A stretch of DNA of 63,490 nucleotides, filler included, from Limisphaerales bacterium (GTDB lineage: Bacteria > Verrucomicrobiota > Verrucomicrobiia > Limisphaerales > SIBE01), in the NCBI GenBank assembly GCA_044225505.1. It is 3 parts of 3 records of this genome, joined end to end, with 100 filler letters (N's around TTAATTAATTAA, not from the genome) between each part and the next. Parts side by side here need not be neighbours in the genome. Positions count along the whole stretch, not along the records: positions 22,158 to 43,641 come from JBGAIN010000148.1; 2 more parts are not named here. One strand, 5' to 3'. How positions within the stretch are numbered: position 1 is the first letter of the stretch; each line of letters opens with the position of its first letter. Both the position numbers and the translations under genes were made by a program. The notes under the pieces are model-generated. The model saw only the letters and a program-made list of their open reading frames with translations. It ran no database searches and was not told the DNA's origin. Shown piece after piece: positions 30,729 through 41,300 of the stretch.

Positions 30729-33416
30729 TTATTTCGGACGCGATTGCCGGAGGGCTTCCAATCGCTTTGTCCAGGTAGAATCGAGGGCCGGAAGCGTTCG
30801 CGACATCGTTCGATAAAGGGTTTCAGCTTCGTCGAAGCGTTGGAGGCGTTCGGTGGCTAGCGTGCCCGCGGCCACGGCGGCGCGACCGACCCAGTAGGGA
30901 TCCGGATCTTCGCCTGAGCGAAGCCGCTTGTGATAGACGACGTTCAGGTAATGGGCCAGGGCAGCGTTGAGGAGCTCAAGGCGGTTGGGCCGTTGATCGG
31001 CCATACGTTCCAGGACCTGCCCGAGCGCGACCTCGGCCTGGCTGCGTGTGGTCACGTCTGCGTTTGGGGCCAGAACCAGTTGGAAATATTGATTGGTGGC
31101 CATCTCGTAACGATTCGTGTTCTGGGCCGCCAGTTGAAAGTGGCAGTTGGCAATTTTGCCCATGGCCAGTGGGGCAAGCCGGCTGGAGGCGAAGAAGTTG
31201 GTGATGCGCGCGAAACGATTGATCGCTTCCTCGAATTTCGCGAGTTTATTGGTCGCGTCGCGAGATTCCTCGATTTCAATATCGCCGAGCATGAACCAGG
31301 CTTCCGGGCCAATCCGGGGATCATCCACGAGGGGCATGAGGTACTTGCGGGCGTCGGGATAGCCCTGGCGAAAAAACGCGGCTTTGGCAGCCATGAGCAT
31401 GGCCTGTCGAATCAAGTCGGGACTCACGGAATTCGTGGCTTGGGTCAAAAACTGGTAGGATCGCTCGGCGCTCGCGTAATCTCGTTGATTCAAATAAAAG
31501 TCTCCCAACCAAAGCTGGGCCATGGCCGCGGGACCGGTGCCCGGGAAGTGGGAGACCAAATTGGTCAGAAGGGTGTAGGCGTTGGTTTCGCGCCCGGATT
31601 GGTAGTAGCACCAAGCCCGGTCAAACTCGGCTTCGGCCCGCGCGGGATGATTCGTGAAGTGCGTCACCCAATCGTCGAAGCGTTGGATGGCGGACGCCCA
31701 GTCGCCTTGTTTGGCCGAGCCGTGCGCGCTGGCGAGGCGGACCTCAGGAAGGAGAGGGGATTGGGTATAGCGTTTCTCGAAGTCGCTGAACGCCTGGTTT
31801 GCTTTCAAGAAGTCGCCCGCATCGTTCAAGGCTTGGGCATAAGCGAACAAAGCGTGATCGCTCCAGCGGCCGCCTGGGAACTCGCGCAACAGGCGTTCGA
31901 CGGCATTCTGTGCCGCGGGCAGATTTCCGGCCAGGGCCGCGGTGCGCACCACTTGATAAAGGGCCTGCTCGAGCAGGCGTTCTTTGACTTCCGGCACGTC
32001 GCTGTAGGCGTTCAACAGCGGAGCGTAGTTGGTTAAGGCTTGCGGGTAATCCTTCAGCTGCAAGTAACAGTCCGCCAGTTTGAACTGGGCTTGAGCGTGC
32101 TCGAGGGATTTGGGCAGGACGGTTATGGCCGTTTGCAGCGCTTTCTGACATTCCAACAGGCGCGTCGGATCATTGCGGAGCTGGGCTTCTTCCCAGAAAC
32201 ACCAGGCACGGTTGAGAAGCGATTTCCCGACCCAGACACTGTTGGTGAATTGACCGATGACCAGGTCGAACTGGGTCCGGGCCAATTGGAGCAGATTCGT
32301 GTTGGCGCTGAGGGACACGAGGTTGTTCGTTTCAGGATTGGTCGTGCCCACCGCGCGATAAGCCCGCAGATACGCTTCACCCAAAGTGAACCGAATTAAG
32401 TCGACGGCTGGATCTTGTGGGTTGTGTTCGAGAAACTGGCTCAACTGACGAAGAGCAACGGTCAATCGGTCTTGCGAGATGGCCAATTGGGCTAGCTTTA
32501 ATAGGGCCTGGCGCTTCTGTTCCCCGGAGACATCGGAAATCCGCGTGATCTCCTCATAACTCTGCGCCGCCAATTCCGGTTCTTTTTCTTCCAGGATCTC
32601 GCCTTTCAAAGTCAGTGAACGTGCTTGGAGCAGCGCGTTGCTACGGGCGGTGGCGAGCTTAACCAGGTTCGTGACGCGGAGCAGGGCGGCTTCACCCCGA
32701 CGATCGGACATCGCGACGCGGGCGAGCAGGTACTGGCGTTGCCACTCTGCTTCAGGCCCGAGCGGGTGACCTTCCAGGGCGGTCAATGTCTTTTCCGCTG
32801 CGGCAAGGTTCTTTTGGGCGTAAAGCGCTTCAGCGAGCAAGAAAGTTCCACGCAAGACGATGAGCCGATTGGTGCTGGTTTGGGCTGCTTCCACAAACGC
32901 GCTCCCGGCATCGTTGAGCAATTCGACGGTGCGCGCCGTGTCGCCCAGCTTAAACCGCGCGAGCGCTTCGCCATAGCTTGCTTCGAGCCGGAGTGGAGAT
33001 TTGGGATGATCCTTGAGCAGTTCGGCGTAAGTTTTGGCCGCATTTTCAAACTGGCTTAATTGGGATTGTGCCAAGGCAAGCCAGAACAGGTATTGGTCCG
33101 GTTTGGCGTTGTTCGTTTGCAGACGGTTCTCGAGCAACCGGACGACCCCGGCGTAATCTTTGAGCTGAAAACGACTTTGGGCCTGGAGCAGCGCGGCTTC
33201 ATCTCGATTCGTCGAGGCGGGAAAGGTCAATAGGAAGGAAGCGAATTCTCGTTCGGCCTGGTCGTACCAGCTGCCTTGGAAGAGACGCGCGGCGCCGGCA
33301 AAGACGCGCTGGGCATCATTTGTCTCCGGGGCCGCGGCGGCCGCGGTCCAGAGGCTCAGCGCGAGAGCAGCGACCCAGAAGAGCCGCCCGGTTGACCAGA
33401 GTTTAAAACAGCACAT
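30729..33416 (-). CDS. Secreted/periplasmic tetratricopeptide-repeat protein
   Basis: Signal peptide; many YbgF/BamD-like TPR units (A...Y..LL..P.S....EA). Confidence 0.85.
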   Translation of the reverse strand: MCCFKLWSTGRLFWVAALALSLWTAAAAAPETNDAQRVFAGAARLFQGSWYDQAEREFASFLLTFPASTNRDEAALLQAQSRFQLKDYAGVVRLLENRLQTNNAKPDQYLFWLALAQSQLSQFENAAKTYAELLKDHPKSPLRLEASYGEALARFKLGDTARTVELLNDAGSAFVEAAQTSTNRLIVLRGTFLLAEALYAQKNLAAAEKTLTALEGHPLGPEAEWQRQYLLARVAMSDRRGEAALLRVTNLVKLATARSNALLQARSLTLKGEILEEKEPELAAQSYEEITRISDVSGEQKRQALLKLAQLAISQDRLTVALRQLSQFLEHNPQDPAVDLIRFTLGEAYLRAYRAVGTTNPETNNLVSLSANTNLLQLARTQFDLVIGQFTNSVWVGKSLLNRAWCFWEEAQLRNDPTRLLECQKALQTAITVLPKSLEHAQAQFKLADCYLQLKDYPQALTNYAPLLNAYSDVPEVKERLLEQALYQVVRTAALAGNLPAAQNAVERLLREFPGGRWSDHALFAYAQALNDAGDFLKANQAFSDFEKRYTQSPLLPEVRLASAHGSAKQGDWASAIQRFDDWVTHFTNHPARAEAEFDRAWCYYQSGRETNAYTLLTNLVSHFPGTGPAAMAQLWLGDFYLNQRDYASAERSYQFLTQATNSVSPDLIRQAMLMAAKAAFFRQGYPDARKYLMPLVDDPRIGPEAWFMLGDIEIEESRDATNKLAKFEEAINRFARITNFFASSRLAPLAMGKIANCHFQLAAQNTNRYEMATNQYFQLVLAPNADVTTRSQAEVALGQVLERMADQRPNRLELLNAALAHYLNVVYHKRLRSGEDPDPYWVGRAAVAAGTLATERLQRFDEAETLYRTMSRTLPALDSTWTKRLEALRQSRPK

Positions 33417-33436
33417 TCAAAATCTCGCCGTGAGGA

Positions 33437-36397
33437 TTACTTGCGGCGTTCGCGTAGAATCCGTTTCAAATATTGTCCGGTGTAGCTCTCCGCACATTCG
33501 GCAACCTCTTCCGGTGTTCCGGTCGCTACGACCCGGCCCCCGCCCGACCCGCCTTCCGGGCCGAGGTCGATGATCCAATCAGCCGTCTTGATAACGTCAA
33601 GATTATGTTCGATGACGAGCAACGTATTGCCCGGAGCGCGCAGCTTGAAGAGCACTTCCAGCAGCTTGGCGACATCGTGAAAGTGAAGGCCGGTTGTCGG
33701 TTCATCGAGAATGTAGAGCGTCCGGCCTGTGGACCGGCGGCTCAGCTCCGAAGCCAGTTTGATGCGTTGCGCTTCGCCGCCGCTCAACGTGGTGGCCGAT
33801 TGCCCGAGCTGGACGTAGCCCAGCCCGACTTCCGCCAACGTCAAACACGGTTCGTAAATCTGCGGCACGGCCCGGAAGAAATTCACCGCTTCGTCGACCG
33901 TCATTTCCAACACGTCCGCAATGTTCATCCCTTTGAAATTGATCTCGAGCGTCTCGCGATTGTAACGCCGGCCTCCGCACGCTTCGCACGTCACGTAGAC
34001 CGGCGGGAGAAAGTGCATCTCGATCTTGATCAACCCGTCTCCCTGGCATTTCTCGCAGCGGCCGCCTCGCACGTTAAAGCTGAATCGGCCTGCGCTATAG
34101 CCGCGAATCTTGGCTGCGGGCAATTTGGCAAAGAGATCGCGAATGTCGTTGAACATGCCGGTGTAGGTCGCGGGATTGCTGCGGGGGGTCCGCCCGATCG
34201 GCGTCTGATCAATGACGATCACCTTGTCCAAGTTTTCAATCCCATGAATCGCGTCGTGCGCGCCGGGTTTTTCTTTCGACCCGAACCAACGCCGGAACAA
34301 GGCGCGCCGGATGATATCGTCGACCAACGTGCTTTTCCCTGAACCGCTCACTCCTGTGACACACGTGAGCGCGCCGAAGGGGATGCGCACGTCGATGTTG
34401 CGCAAGTTATTTTCCCGTGCTCCTTCGACCGTTAGCCAACCGCGTTGGGGCGACGCTTTCACGCGCTGTTTCGGGACGGGAATGCTCAGATCGCCGCTCA
34501 AGTATCGACCGGTGAGCGAGCGTGGATCCGCCAGCACCTGCTCCAGCGTGCCCGCGGCCACGAGATGGCCGCCATGAATTCCCGCACCCGGGCCGAGATC
34601 GATGATATGATCCGCCCGCCGGATCGTGTCTTCGTCATGCTCCACCACGAGCACGGAATTCCCCAAATCCCGCAGTCCTTCCAAAGTGTGCAGCAAACGT
34701 TCGTTGTCGCGCTGGTGCAACCCGATGCTCGGTTCGTCGAGAATATAGAGAACTCCCACCAATCCGGCGCCGATCTGAGTGGCTAAGCGAATCCGCTGCG
34801 CTTCGCCCCCGCTCAACGTCCCGCTCTCCCGATTCAAGGTCAGGTAGCCTAATCCCACGTCAATCAGGAAACCCAGGCGCGCGCGGACTTCGCGAATGAG
34901 ATCGTCCGCGATCTTCTTTTGGAAATCGGTCAGGCGCAAAGTCCCGAGGAACCGATCGGCATCGACGATGGAGAGCCCACACAGATCCATGATGGACAAG
35001 CCAGGAATGGCAGGAGGGCCAGCGGACAGGGCAGGGGGCCCGGACGCAGGCTCGGCCGAGACCCTGCTTCCATGGTCGGGAGCGGACTCGCCCAAGGTGA
35101 CGGCCAGGATCTCGGGCTTCAATCGGCGCCCTTTGCACCCATCACACTCTTCCGGGCTCATGAACGCTTTGAGACGGTTCTTGGTGAACTCGCTTTCACT
35201 CTCCTGATAAAGGCGCTCCAAATTCGGCAATACCCCTTCGAACGGCCGCTTGATCTTGCTCGCTTTGCCCGCGCGCCAAAAGGTGAACTCGATCTCCGTC
35301 GTGCCGGAACCGTAGAGCAGGACTTTTCGAAAGTCCTTCGGGAGCGCTTTGAATGGCGTCTCCAAGCTCTGTTCGTAATGCTGCGTCACGCCCCGCAACA
35401 TGCTCTTGTAATAGACAATCATCCGCTTGCCCCCGCGCCGCCAGGGCAGGATCGCTCCTCCTTCCAACGACTTTTCTTCATCGGGAACCACCAGGCCGGG
35501 ATCTAAGACAAGCTTTTGGCCAAGGCCGTGACAAACCGGGCACGCGCCGAACGGGGAATTGAACGAGAAATGCTTCGGCGTTAGCACGTCATAGCTCAAG
35601 CCTGTCGCTGGGCTATACATGCGGTTCGAGTAAAGCGTTTCAGTCCACCCCGCGGTGGCCTCGGCGCCAGCCGGCTGATGCAAAAGCACTAAACTTCCCT
35701 CGCCCCATTTCAGCGCCGTCTCGACCGAGTCGCTCAAGCGGACGCGAATTTTGTCATCCAAAACCAAGCGATCAACGACCACTTCAATCGTATGCTTAGC
35801 CTTCGGATCCAGCTTGAGCCGGAGATTGCTCGCTAGTTCCACCAGTTGCCCATCCACCCGCGCCCGCACGAATCCCTCGCGTGCGAGCCGTTCTGTGACA
35901 TCTCGAAACTCCCCTTTGGCCTCGCGAACGACCGGCGCCATCACCATCACTCGGGTCCGCGCGGGCATGGCCAGGATCTTATCGACGATGTCGCTGGTGG
36001 TCTGGTGGGTGATGCGCTGGCCGCTGACCGGACAATGCGGTTCACCCACATGGGCAAAGAGCAGCCGGAGGTAATCGTAAATCTCGGTGGTCGTCGCGAT
36101 GATGGATCGAGGGTTCGTGCCTGAACTGCGCTGCTCAATGGCAATGGCCGGGGACAACCCGTCGATATAGTCGACCTCAGGCTTCTGCATCTGGTCGAGG
36201 AACTGGCGAGCGTAGGCGGAGAGCGACTCCACATACTTGCGCTGTCCTTCCGCGTAAATGGTGTCGAAGGCTAACGACGATTTCCCCGATCCGCTCAACC
36301 CGGTGATCACAACGAAGCGATCCCGTGGAATTTCAAAGGTCAGATCCTTCAAATTGTGTTCACGGGCACCGCCGATCCGAATGAATTGCTTGGACAT
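33437..36397 (-). CDS. uvrA: Excinuclease ABC subunit A
   Basis: GAREHNLK, GLSGSGKSSLAFDT, two LSGGEAQRI signatures, GVSGSGKS, zinc-finger cysteines. Confidence 0.98.
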   Translation of the reverse strand: MSKQFIRIGGAREHNLKDLTFEIPRDRFVVITGLSGSGKSSLAFDTIYAEGQRKYVESLSAYARQFLDQMQKPEVDYIDGLSPAIAIEQRSSGTNPRSIIATTTEIYDYLRLLFAHVGEPHCPVSGQRITHQTTSDIVDKILAMPARTRVMVMAPVVREAKGEFRDVTERLAREGFVRARVDGQLVELASNLRLKLDPKAKHTIEVVVDRLVLDDKIRVRLSDSVETALKWGEGSLVLLHQPAGAEATAGWTETLYSNRMYSPATGLSYDVLTPKHFSFNSPFGACPVCHGLGQKLVLDPGLVVPDEEKSLEGGAILPWRRGGKRMIVYYKSMLRGVTQHYEQSLETPFKALPKDFRKVLLYGSGTTEIEFTFWRAGKASKIKRPFEGVLPNLERLYQESESEFTKNRLKAFMSPEECDGCKGRRLKPEILAVTLGESAPDHGSRVSAEPASGPPALSAGPPAIPGLSIMDLCGLSIVDADRFLGTLRLTDFQKKIADDLIREVRARLGFLIDVGLGYLTLNRESGTLSGGEAQRIRLATQIGAGLVGVLYILDEPSIGLHQRDNERLLHTLEGLRDLGNSVLVVEHDEDTIRRADHIIDLGPGAGIHGGHLVAAGTLEQVLADPRSLTGRYLSGDLSIPVPKQRVKASPQRGWLTVEGARENNLRNIDVRIPFGALTCVTGVSGSGKSTLVDDIIRRALFRRWFGSKEKPGAHDAIHGIENLDKVIVIDQTPIGRTPRSNPATYTGMFNDIRDLFAKLPAAKIRGYSAGRFSFNVRGGRCEKCQGDGLIKIEMHFLPPVYVTCEACGGRRYNRETLEINFKGMNIADVLEMTVDEAVNFFRAVPQIYEPCLTLAEVGLGYVQLGQSATTLSGGEAQRIKLASELSRRSTGRTLYILDEPTTGLHFHDVAKLLEVLFKLRAPGNTLLVIEHNLDVIKTADWIIDLGPEGGSGGGRVVATGTPEEVAECAESYTGQYLKRILRERRK

Positions 36398-36541
36398 ACA
36401 AGCCGATCTCTGCACCAGGACAATCGCCAACCTTAGCGGAGAAGTGGGAGTGAATCAACGAAACCTCTCCTGAAACACTCAGGCGTTCGTTGCGGAACGG
36501 ACCGGAATCGAGTCACCTAGAATGAACCTGTTGGTGGGGCT

Positions 36542-36632
36542 AAATCAGCCGTCCCTTCGGGACTTTGGAAATCTGCGCGCGGATTCCCGGCACTGGAGGT
36601 GCCGGGCTTATGCCACGACGTCCCTGCCGGGA
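36542..36632. repeat. REP-like hairpin cluster
   Basis: gtcccttcgggac, cccggcactggaggtgccggg and gtccctgccgggac stem-loops in the intergenic region. Confidence 0.55.
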
Positions 36633-36800
36633 CGCCAAACGCCTGTCCCAGAACGGGGGGAACCGCTTCTGTTCCACCGAAAACAGCGCGGAACCTCCAT
36701 TTGAATGGCAAATCGATCTGCGGCTGGGCCTTGGAAGAGAATATCGGACCAAGGCGGAGCGAACGACGGACGAGTGGAGATTCGCGGGTGATCCTTCGGT

Positions 36801-36900
36801 ATTTACAGGGAAGCAACAGGGAATTGAGAGGGATATAACTCGGATTGCACCCGTGTTATATCCGTGTTATATCCGTGGTATTCCCGTGTTAAAAGCGAAT
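36801..36900. repeat. Palindromic array of ~11-bp units, copy 2
   Basis: ggatataactcgga...ccgtgttatatccgtgttatatccgtggtattcccgtgttaaaagcgaat; related to 19975-20063. Confidence 0.65.
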
Positions 36901-36995
36901 GATCCCCCGGAAAAGGCTACCGAGTTCCGAGAACGGTCAGGTGGGACTCTCTAAAGCGGGTCGAAATCGCCGCGTAGCAGCGCGCGCAAACGGGC

Positions 36996-37184
36996 TTAAC
37001 GGCGTCCTCGTTTGTTGCTGTTGTTGTCTTTACGCGCTCCCAGCGACTTCGAAACGGCGGCGTAGAACGGCGCTTTTTGCTTGGGGTTGACCGAGCCCGC
37101 CGCCTTTTGCGGATCGGTCGTAGGGGCAGTCTCGTTGGTTTCGACAGTGTCAGTCTTGGACGGGGTGGTCGGCTTCGCTTCCAT
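36996..37184 (-). CDS. Small disordered hypothetical protein
   Basis: 62-aa ATG ORF, T/P/K-rich with basic tail. Confidence 0.4.
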   Translation of the reverse strand: MEAKPTTPSKTDTVETNETAPTTDPQKAAGSVNPKQKAPFYAAVSKSLGARKDNNSNKRGRR

Positions 37185-37405
37185 ACGACAGGGTAGACTG
37201 ATGAAAGCTAACTTGCAATGCAGCGTTCATCTCGAGCGCGGATGCGCTTCGCCATCCGAGGTGGCGAGCGTTGCGAACTCCCGGGTTCTCGCGGGTCCGC
37301 AGGCGTCACTGGGCCAGAATGCGTGAAAAACACGCATCGTTCGACGCCTAACGCTCCTCCCACTCCCCCTCTGCCTGTGCCGGCCGGGGCTGTGCTATCT
37401 CTTTA

Positions 37406-37707
37406 GAGCTGTAAATCCTTGAGGGATAGACCTGGCGTGATGCCCTGTTCCTCCCACGCGAGGTTAGCGTCTCCGGCCCTGTAACCGGCATGCCTTTTGC
37501 CTTGGTTTATAAGGTATGAGCCGTCCCCCCTCGAAGTGCCGAGTTTGCGGTGGTCCGTTGCACCGAGTGAAAGTCCTTCCTTCCAAGCTCGCGGGTTTGA
37601 TCCGGTATCGATGTGCCTGCGGGTATTGCGAGGACGTCAAGCCGGAGCGAAGTGAGAGTGGAGTCACCGCGGCGGCGACGCGTCCGAGCTAATCGACCTC
37701 TTTTTTT
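37406..37707 (+). ncRNA. Candidate structured non-coding RNA (family not recognised)
   Basis: -10-like TGCTATCT just upstream, several short hairpins, 3' T7 tract; no convincing ORF. Confidence 0.35.
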
Positions 37708-38021
37708 GGTTTCTGGTTACCAGAGGCGGGCTCTTTTGGGTTGTAAAGGAAACCAGTGCAAACGTGCGGCTCGCCGGGACCGCGGGGACACTTCCGTTCT
37801 CATACGATCTCGCGACACTTCAACGGAGCCTGGCCCAATGTGTGAGCAAAACCAGACTTCAACCGAAATTCGCGAAACTGGCCGCTTGGGAAGCCAAATT
37901 CCTCGTCTCGGCCGGTCGAGGGGAGGGGGCCGAACGGCGCGTTGGGAACCTCTTCTCAAACGCTCGCCAAAACTTTCGGCGGCTCGCCGATAATACTGGC
38001 CTCCGACCGATTTACATTTGG

Positions 38022-38279
38022 ATGGCCGAGAACACATCGCGCGTCGCGGCGTTATGTTTGAATCCGGCGGGCAAGCTGTTTGCCGTGGAATTGAATCGCG
38101 CGTCGCCGGTTTCTGTCGCCCAAGCATGGGCATTCTCGATTACTTGCCGAACCTGGGCAGACACTCGCCAAGTGGAGGATCGGCAAGCCGCATTGCAGTG
38201 GGAGGAAATGATCTTGAAAAGCCTGCAAGTGGCTGAGCCCAAACTCCGGGCGAACTCCGCACCTTCCGCCGGTCACTAA
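38022..38279 (+). CDS. Small hypothetical protein
   Basis: 85 aa from MAENTSRVAALCL, within track ORF 37764-38279. Confidence 0.35.
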   Translation: MAENTSRVAALCLNPAGKLFAVELNRASPVSVAQAWAFSITCRTWADTRQVEDRQAALQWEEMILKSLQVAEPKLRANSAPSAGH

Positions 38280-38602
38280 GCCTGGCGTTCTACAGCCGGT
38301 GTCGCGTCCGCCGCGGCGGACCGTCAGGAATGGGGGCGCGGTTGTCTCTGAAGGATCAGCCGCAGGGGTAGCGGACGAGTGCGGTAAGTATTCAGGAGCC
38401 AACCGACTCTACGGCTGGTGCTTCGCCCAGAGCCGCTTTCCGTAAGCATGGCGGAGGCGTCCAATCCATTGGCAACACATCATTCCCGGGGGACTCGGCC
38501 GGTCGGATTTGCAGGAAAGTCCTCGATGAGAATCCCACGACCGAATTATAATGGGAGGAAAGTGCTATGGCGTGATCCAAATAGGGGTGTCCCTGTTTGC
38601 CT

Positions 38603-39907
38603 ATGACCCAATCAAACGAAGAAGTTTCAGCGCGTCTTCGCATCGAACGGCCCGATCTTGAGCCGTTGCGCATCGAGCTTCCAGCAGGACGCTGTATCGT
38701 TGGCCGCGCGCGGCACAGCCAGATTCATTTAGACGACCCGACGGTTTCGGATGAACATTGCGAAATCGAGATTACCAGGGATGGGGTGACAGTGCGGGAC
38801 TTGGGATCGAGCAATGGGACCTTGGTCGACGATGAACTGGTGGGAGTCGCGAATCTCCGGGAGAACCAGCGCCTGCAAGTGGGGTCCATCACTTTTGTGC
38901 TCGAAGAGCTTTTGCCGGCGCGTCGTGAGGTGGAAGCCGAAGCGGCGTTGGCCGTGGAGACCCCGAAGCGCCCCGGAAACCCCGCGACTCACTGTGCGAA
39001 TCATGCGCAGGTGCCAGCTCGCTGGATCTGCACCGAATGCCACGAGCGATTCTGCAGCACGTGCGTCAAACAAGTCCGGCTGGAAAGCGGTCTGACCACC
39101 CTTTGCACCGCTTGCCATGGGCTTTGCGAACCGATCCTTCGTGGGGCGAAACCGACGCTTGCGCCGCGCAGTTTGGGAGGTGGCTTGGTCGAGGCCTTAT
39201 CCTACCCATTCCGAGGGAACGCTCTCCTGGTCTTGGCGGTGTCGACCGTATTTGCTTTGATCGCCAGCTTGTTGTCCGGCGCCCGTCCGCCGGGTCCCGC
39301 CGGGTCCACGCGCGGAATCGCCATCTTTAACCTCGTCAGCGGCATCGCGGGGAGCGGCATGGCGCTGATTAGCTTCGTGCTGGGTGCCGGTGTGCTCCTG
39401 TTCATTCGAGAAGTGTTAAAGTCCTCGGCGTTCGGGGAACTGGAACCGCCGGACTGGCCAAGCTTCGACTTTGAATCGATGCGTGAGACAGTCGTGGAAT
39501 TTACGGCATGGTCGTTGGTCTGCTTTGGGCCGGCGATGTTTTGGAGAATCTTTGTGGGAGACGGCGACGTGACGTCGCGAGTGATCGGGACAGGGCTGAC
39601 CGTTCTTGGCGCTGGCTACGGAGCTGTCTCGCTCCTGGGGATCGTCATTCATGATGGTCTGAGCGGTCTAAACCCTGTATTGGTAGTGGTTTCCATTCTT
39701 CGTGTTCCTTTCCAGTATCTGGGGTTTTGCCTGTTTGTAGCGGCGTTGGTTCTAGTGGGGATTGGCCTGGAAGCCGCGGCGCACCGAGTCAGCGCCGTCC
39801 TGGCGAGCACCCTGGTGGGCGCGGCTTCCACTTACGGGGTTCTTGTCTGCGCGCGAGCATTAGGGCGATTCTACTGGGCAGTGGAAGAAGAATTGGGATG
39901 GACTTAG
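38603..39907 (+). CDS. FHA domain + B-box-like zinc finger + multi-TM membrane protein
   Basis: VGR...VSDEHC...DLGSSNGT (FHA); CANH...CTEC...CSTC...CTAC; C-terminal TM bundle starting YPFRG. Confidence 0.85.
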   Translation: MTQSNEEVSARLRIERPDLEPLRIELPAGRCIVGRARHSQIHLDDPTVSDEHCEIEITRDGVTVRDLGSSNGTLVDDELVGVANLRENQRLQVGSITFVLEELLPARREVEAEAALAVETPKRPGNPATHCANHAQVPARWICTECHERFCSTCVKQVRLESGLTTLCTACHGLCEPILRGAKPTLAPRSLGGGLVEALSYPFRGNALLVLAVSTVFALIASLLSGARPPGPAGSTRGIAIFNLVSGIAGSGMALISFVLGAGVLLFIREVLKSSAFGELEPPDWPSFDFESMRETVVEFTAWSLVCFGPAMFWRIFVGDGDVTSRVIGTGLTVLGAGYGAVSLLGIVIHDGLSGLNPVLVVVSILRVPFQYLGFCLFVAALVLVGIGLEAAAHRVSAVLASTLVGAASTYGVLVCARALGRFYWAVEEELGWT

Positions 39908-39911
39908 TCCC

Positions 39912-40868
39912 ATGCGGCTCAGTCTGAAACTGTTGTCCCGAGTTGCCCTCTCCATGGCAACTTGCCTGAAATCGGGATTGCCAGTCCCCCGGTCGCTGGA
40001 ACTGAGTGCCGGTCCTGCGGATTCGAGGAGGCTGGCGGTCATTCTGGCTCGAGCTGCAGCTTGCTGCGATCGTGGTTCCACGATTTCCGATGCCCTCGAG
40101 CCGCACCGATCGGCGTTTCCGGGGTTCTTTCTGGCGGTACTCCAAGCAGGTGAGATGGGAGGTCGTCTGGTAGAAGCGTTCCAGCTGTTGCACGAGCATT
40201 GCGAGCGACTGACGCCAACGATGCGCATCTTACGCAATACCTGGCTTTGCCCTGCGGTGTGCATCCTGGCCGGATGGATTGTGCGGATCAGTTTATTGCT
40301 GTCGTTTGGCTTAATCGGCGCGGCTGGGCAAGTGGCGCAAGATTCTTTGGTGACCTGCGGCATCATGGTGGCAATCGCTTGGACTGTCTGGCGGGTGCCT
40401 TACGCGAAAGAATGGGTCGACCGCGCTTTGCTGCAGTTGCCTTGGGTTCGCACCGTCTTGATTCGTTCGGGGAGTCTCTTATTTCTGGCGACGTTCAAGC
40501 TGGTTTACGAAACGGGCGGATTCTCCGCGGTTAAGACCTTCGATCTGGCACTCGCGAGCGTGGGCAATTTGGCGCTGCGGCGGGATCTGGCCCGGGCGCG
40601 GGAAGTGATCGAAGAGGGCGACGGGTTCCCGGAAGCCTTTGAGGCGCCGGAGCTACTGGATGATTGGATAAAAGGGTCGCTCGCTACCGGGGCGATTTCC
40701 GGAAAGCTAGGCCCAAGCATCGCGCAAATCATTAAGACGGAAGCAGTGGCGTTGGAATCGGCGTTGGAATTGTTCAACCGCATCCTGCAGAGGCTGTTGG
40801 CGTATTCGATCGTTCTCTCCATCGTGGGAACGTTGCTCTTTTGCCTTAGTTCGGCGCCTGGAAGATGA
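39912..40868 (+). CDS. Type II secretion system F / PilC family protein
   Basis: L.SGLP...SL, G.TISDAL....FP....AGEMGGRL, repeated in the second half. Confidence 0.8.
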   Translation: MRLSLKLLSRVALSMATCLKSGLPVPRSLELSAGPADSRRLAVILARAAACCDRGSTISDALEPHRSAFPGFFLAVLQAGEMGGRLVEAFQLLHEHCERLTPTMRILRNTWLCPAVCILAGWIVRISLLLSFGLIGAAGQVAQDSLVTCGIMVAIAWTVWRVPYAKEWVDRALLQLPWVRTVLIRSGSLLFLATFKLVYETGGFSAVKTFDLALASVGNLALRRDLARAREVIEEGDGFPEAFEAPELLDDWIKGSLATGAISGKLGPSIAQIIKTEAVALESALELFNRILQRLLAYSIVLSIVGTLLFCLSSAPGR

Positions 40869-41017
40869 GAAACGGGTCAGCTCCAGCGGTCTTTGGGTGG
40901 CTTTTGTAACTCGCTTGCAGTGAGCTTAATGCAGTGGATTTTGGGGGTGGGCAAGCGGCGTTGGAGACCGCTTAGGGTTGCGGAGTTCGGCAAAATATGG
41001 CAATCTCTTCCCAGTAT

Positions 41018-41278
41018 ATGTCCGCATCCAACGACCGTTCGGGCCAGGCAGTCATCGATTTTTGCCAAAGAGTGGCTGATGGCCTGGATGCAGCTGGTAA
41101 CTGTCCCTGTTGTGCGACCGTCCTGAACGTTGAATTTTCAATTCAAGGTGTTCGGGTCAGCTGCCCCACAGGCTGTTTCTGTTTTGATTTTCGCCGCGAC
41201 CTCCGCGGAGCGTTTGTTTCTGGCCTCTTGGACTTCCCGGTCCAGGGCCAAGAGACCGCATTGAGGACCCTCGCATGA
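41018..41278 (+). CDS. Small Cys-rich hypothetical protein
   Basis: CPCC...CPTGC; co-oriented and ends 22 nt before the next gene. Confidence 0.4.
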   Translation: MSASNDRSGQAVIDFCQRVADGLDAAGNCPCCATVLNVEFSIQGVRVSCPTGCFCFDFRRDLRGAFVSGLLDFPVQGQETALRTLA

Positions 41279-41300
41279 GGTCCGGTCCCGGTGCTTTTTA

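Noticed and set aside
30930..32036. Long antisense ORFs (also 33473-34342, 51970-53067, 55066-56172)
   Set aside because: Shadow frames opposite well-supported genes in GC-rich DNA.
37406..37707. RNase P, SRP or tmRNA call
   Set aside because: Only partial look-alikes (GAAAGTCC; GGAAGGAAG on the minus strand); the full conserved motifs and tRNA-like ends are missing.
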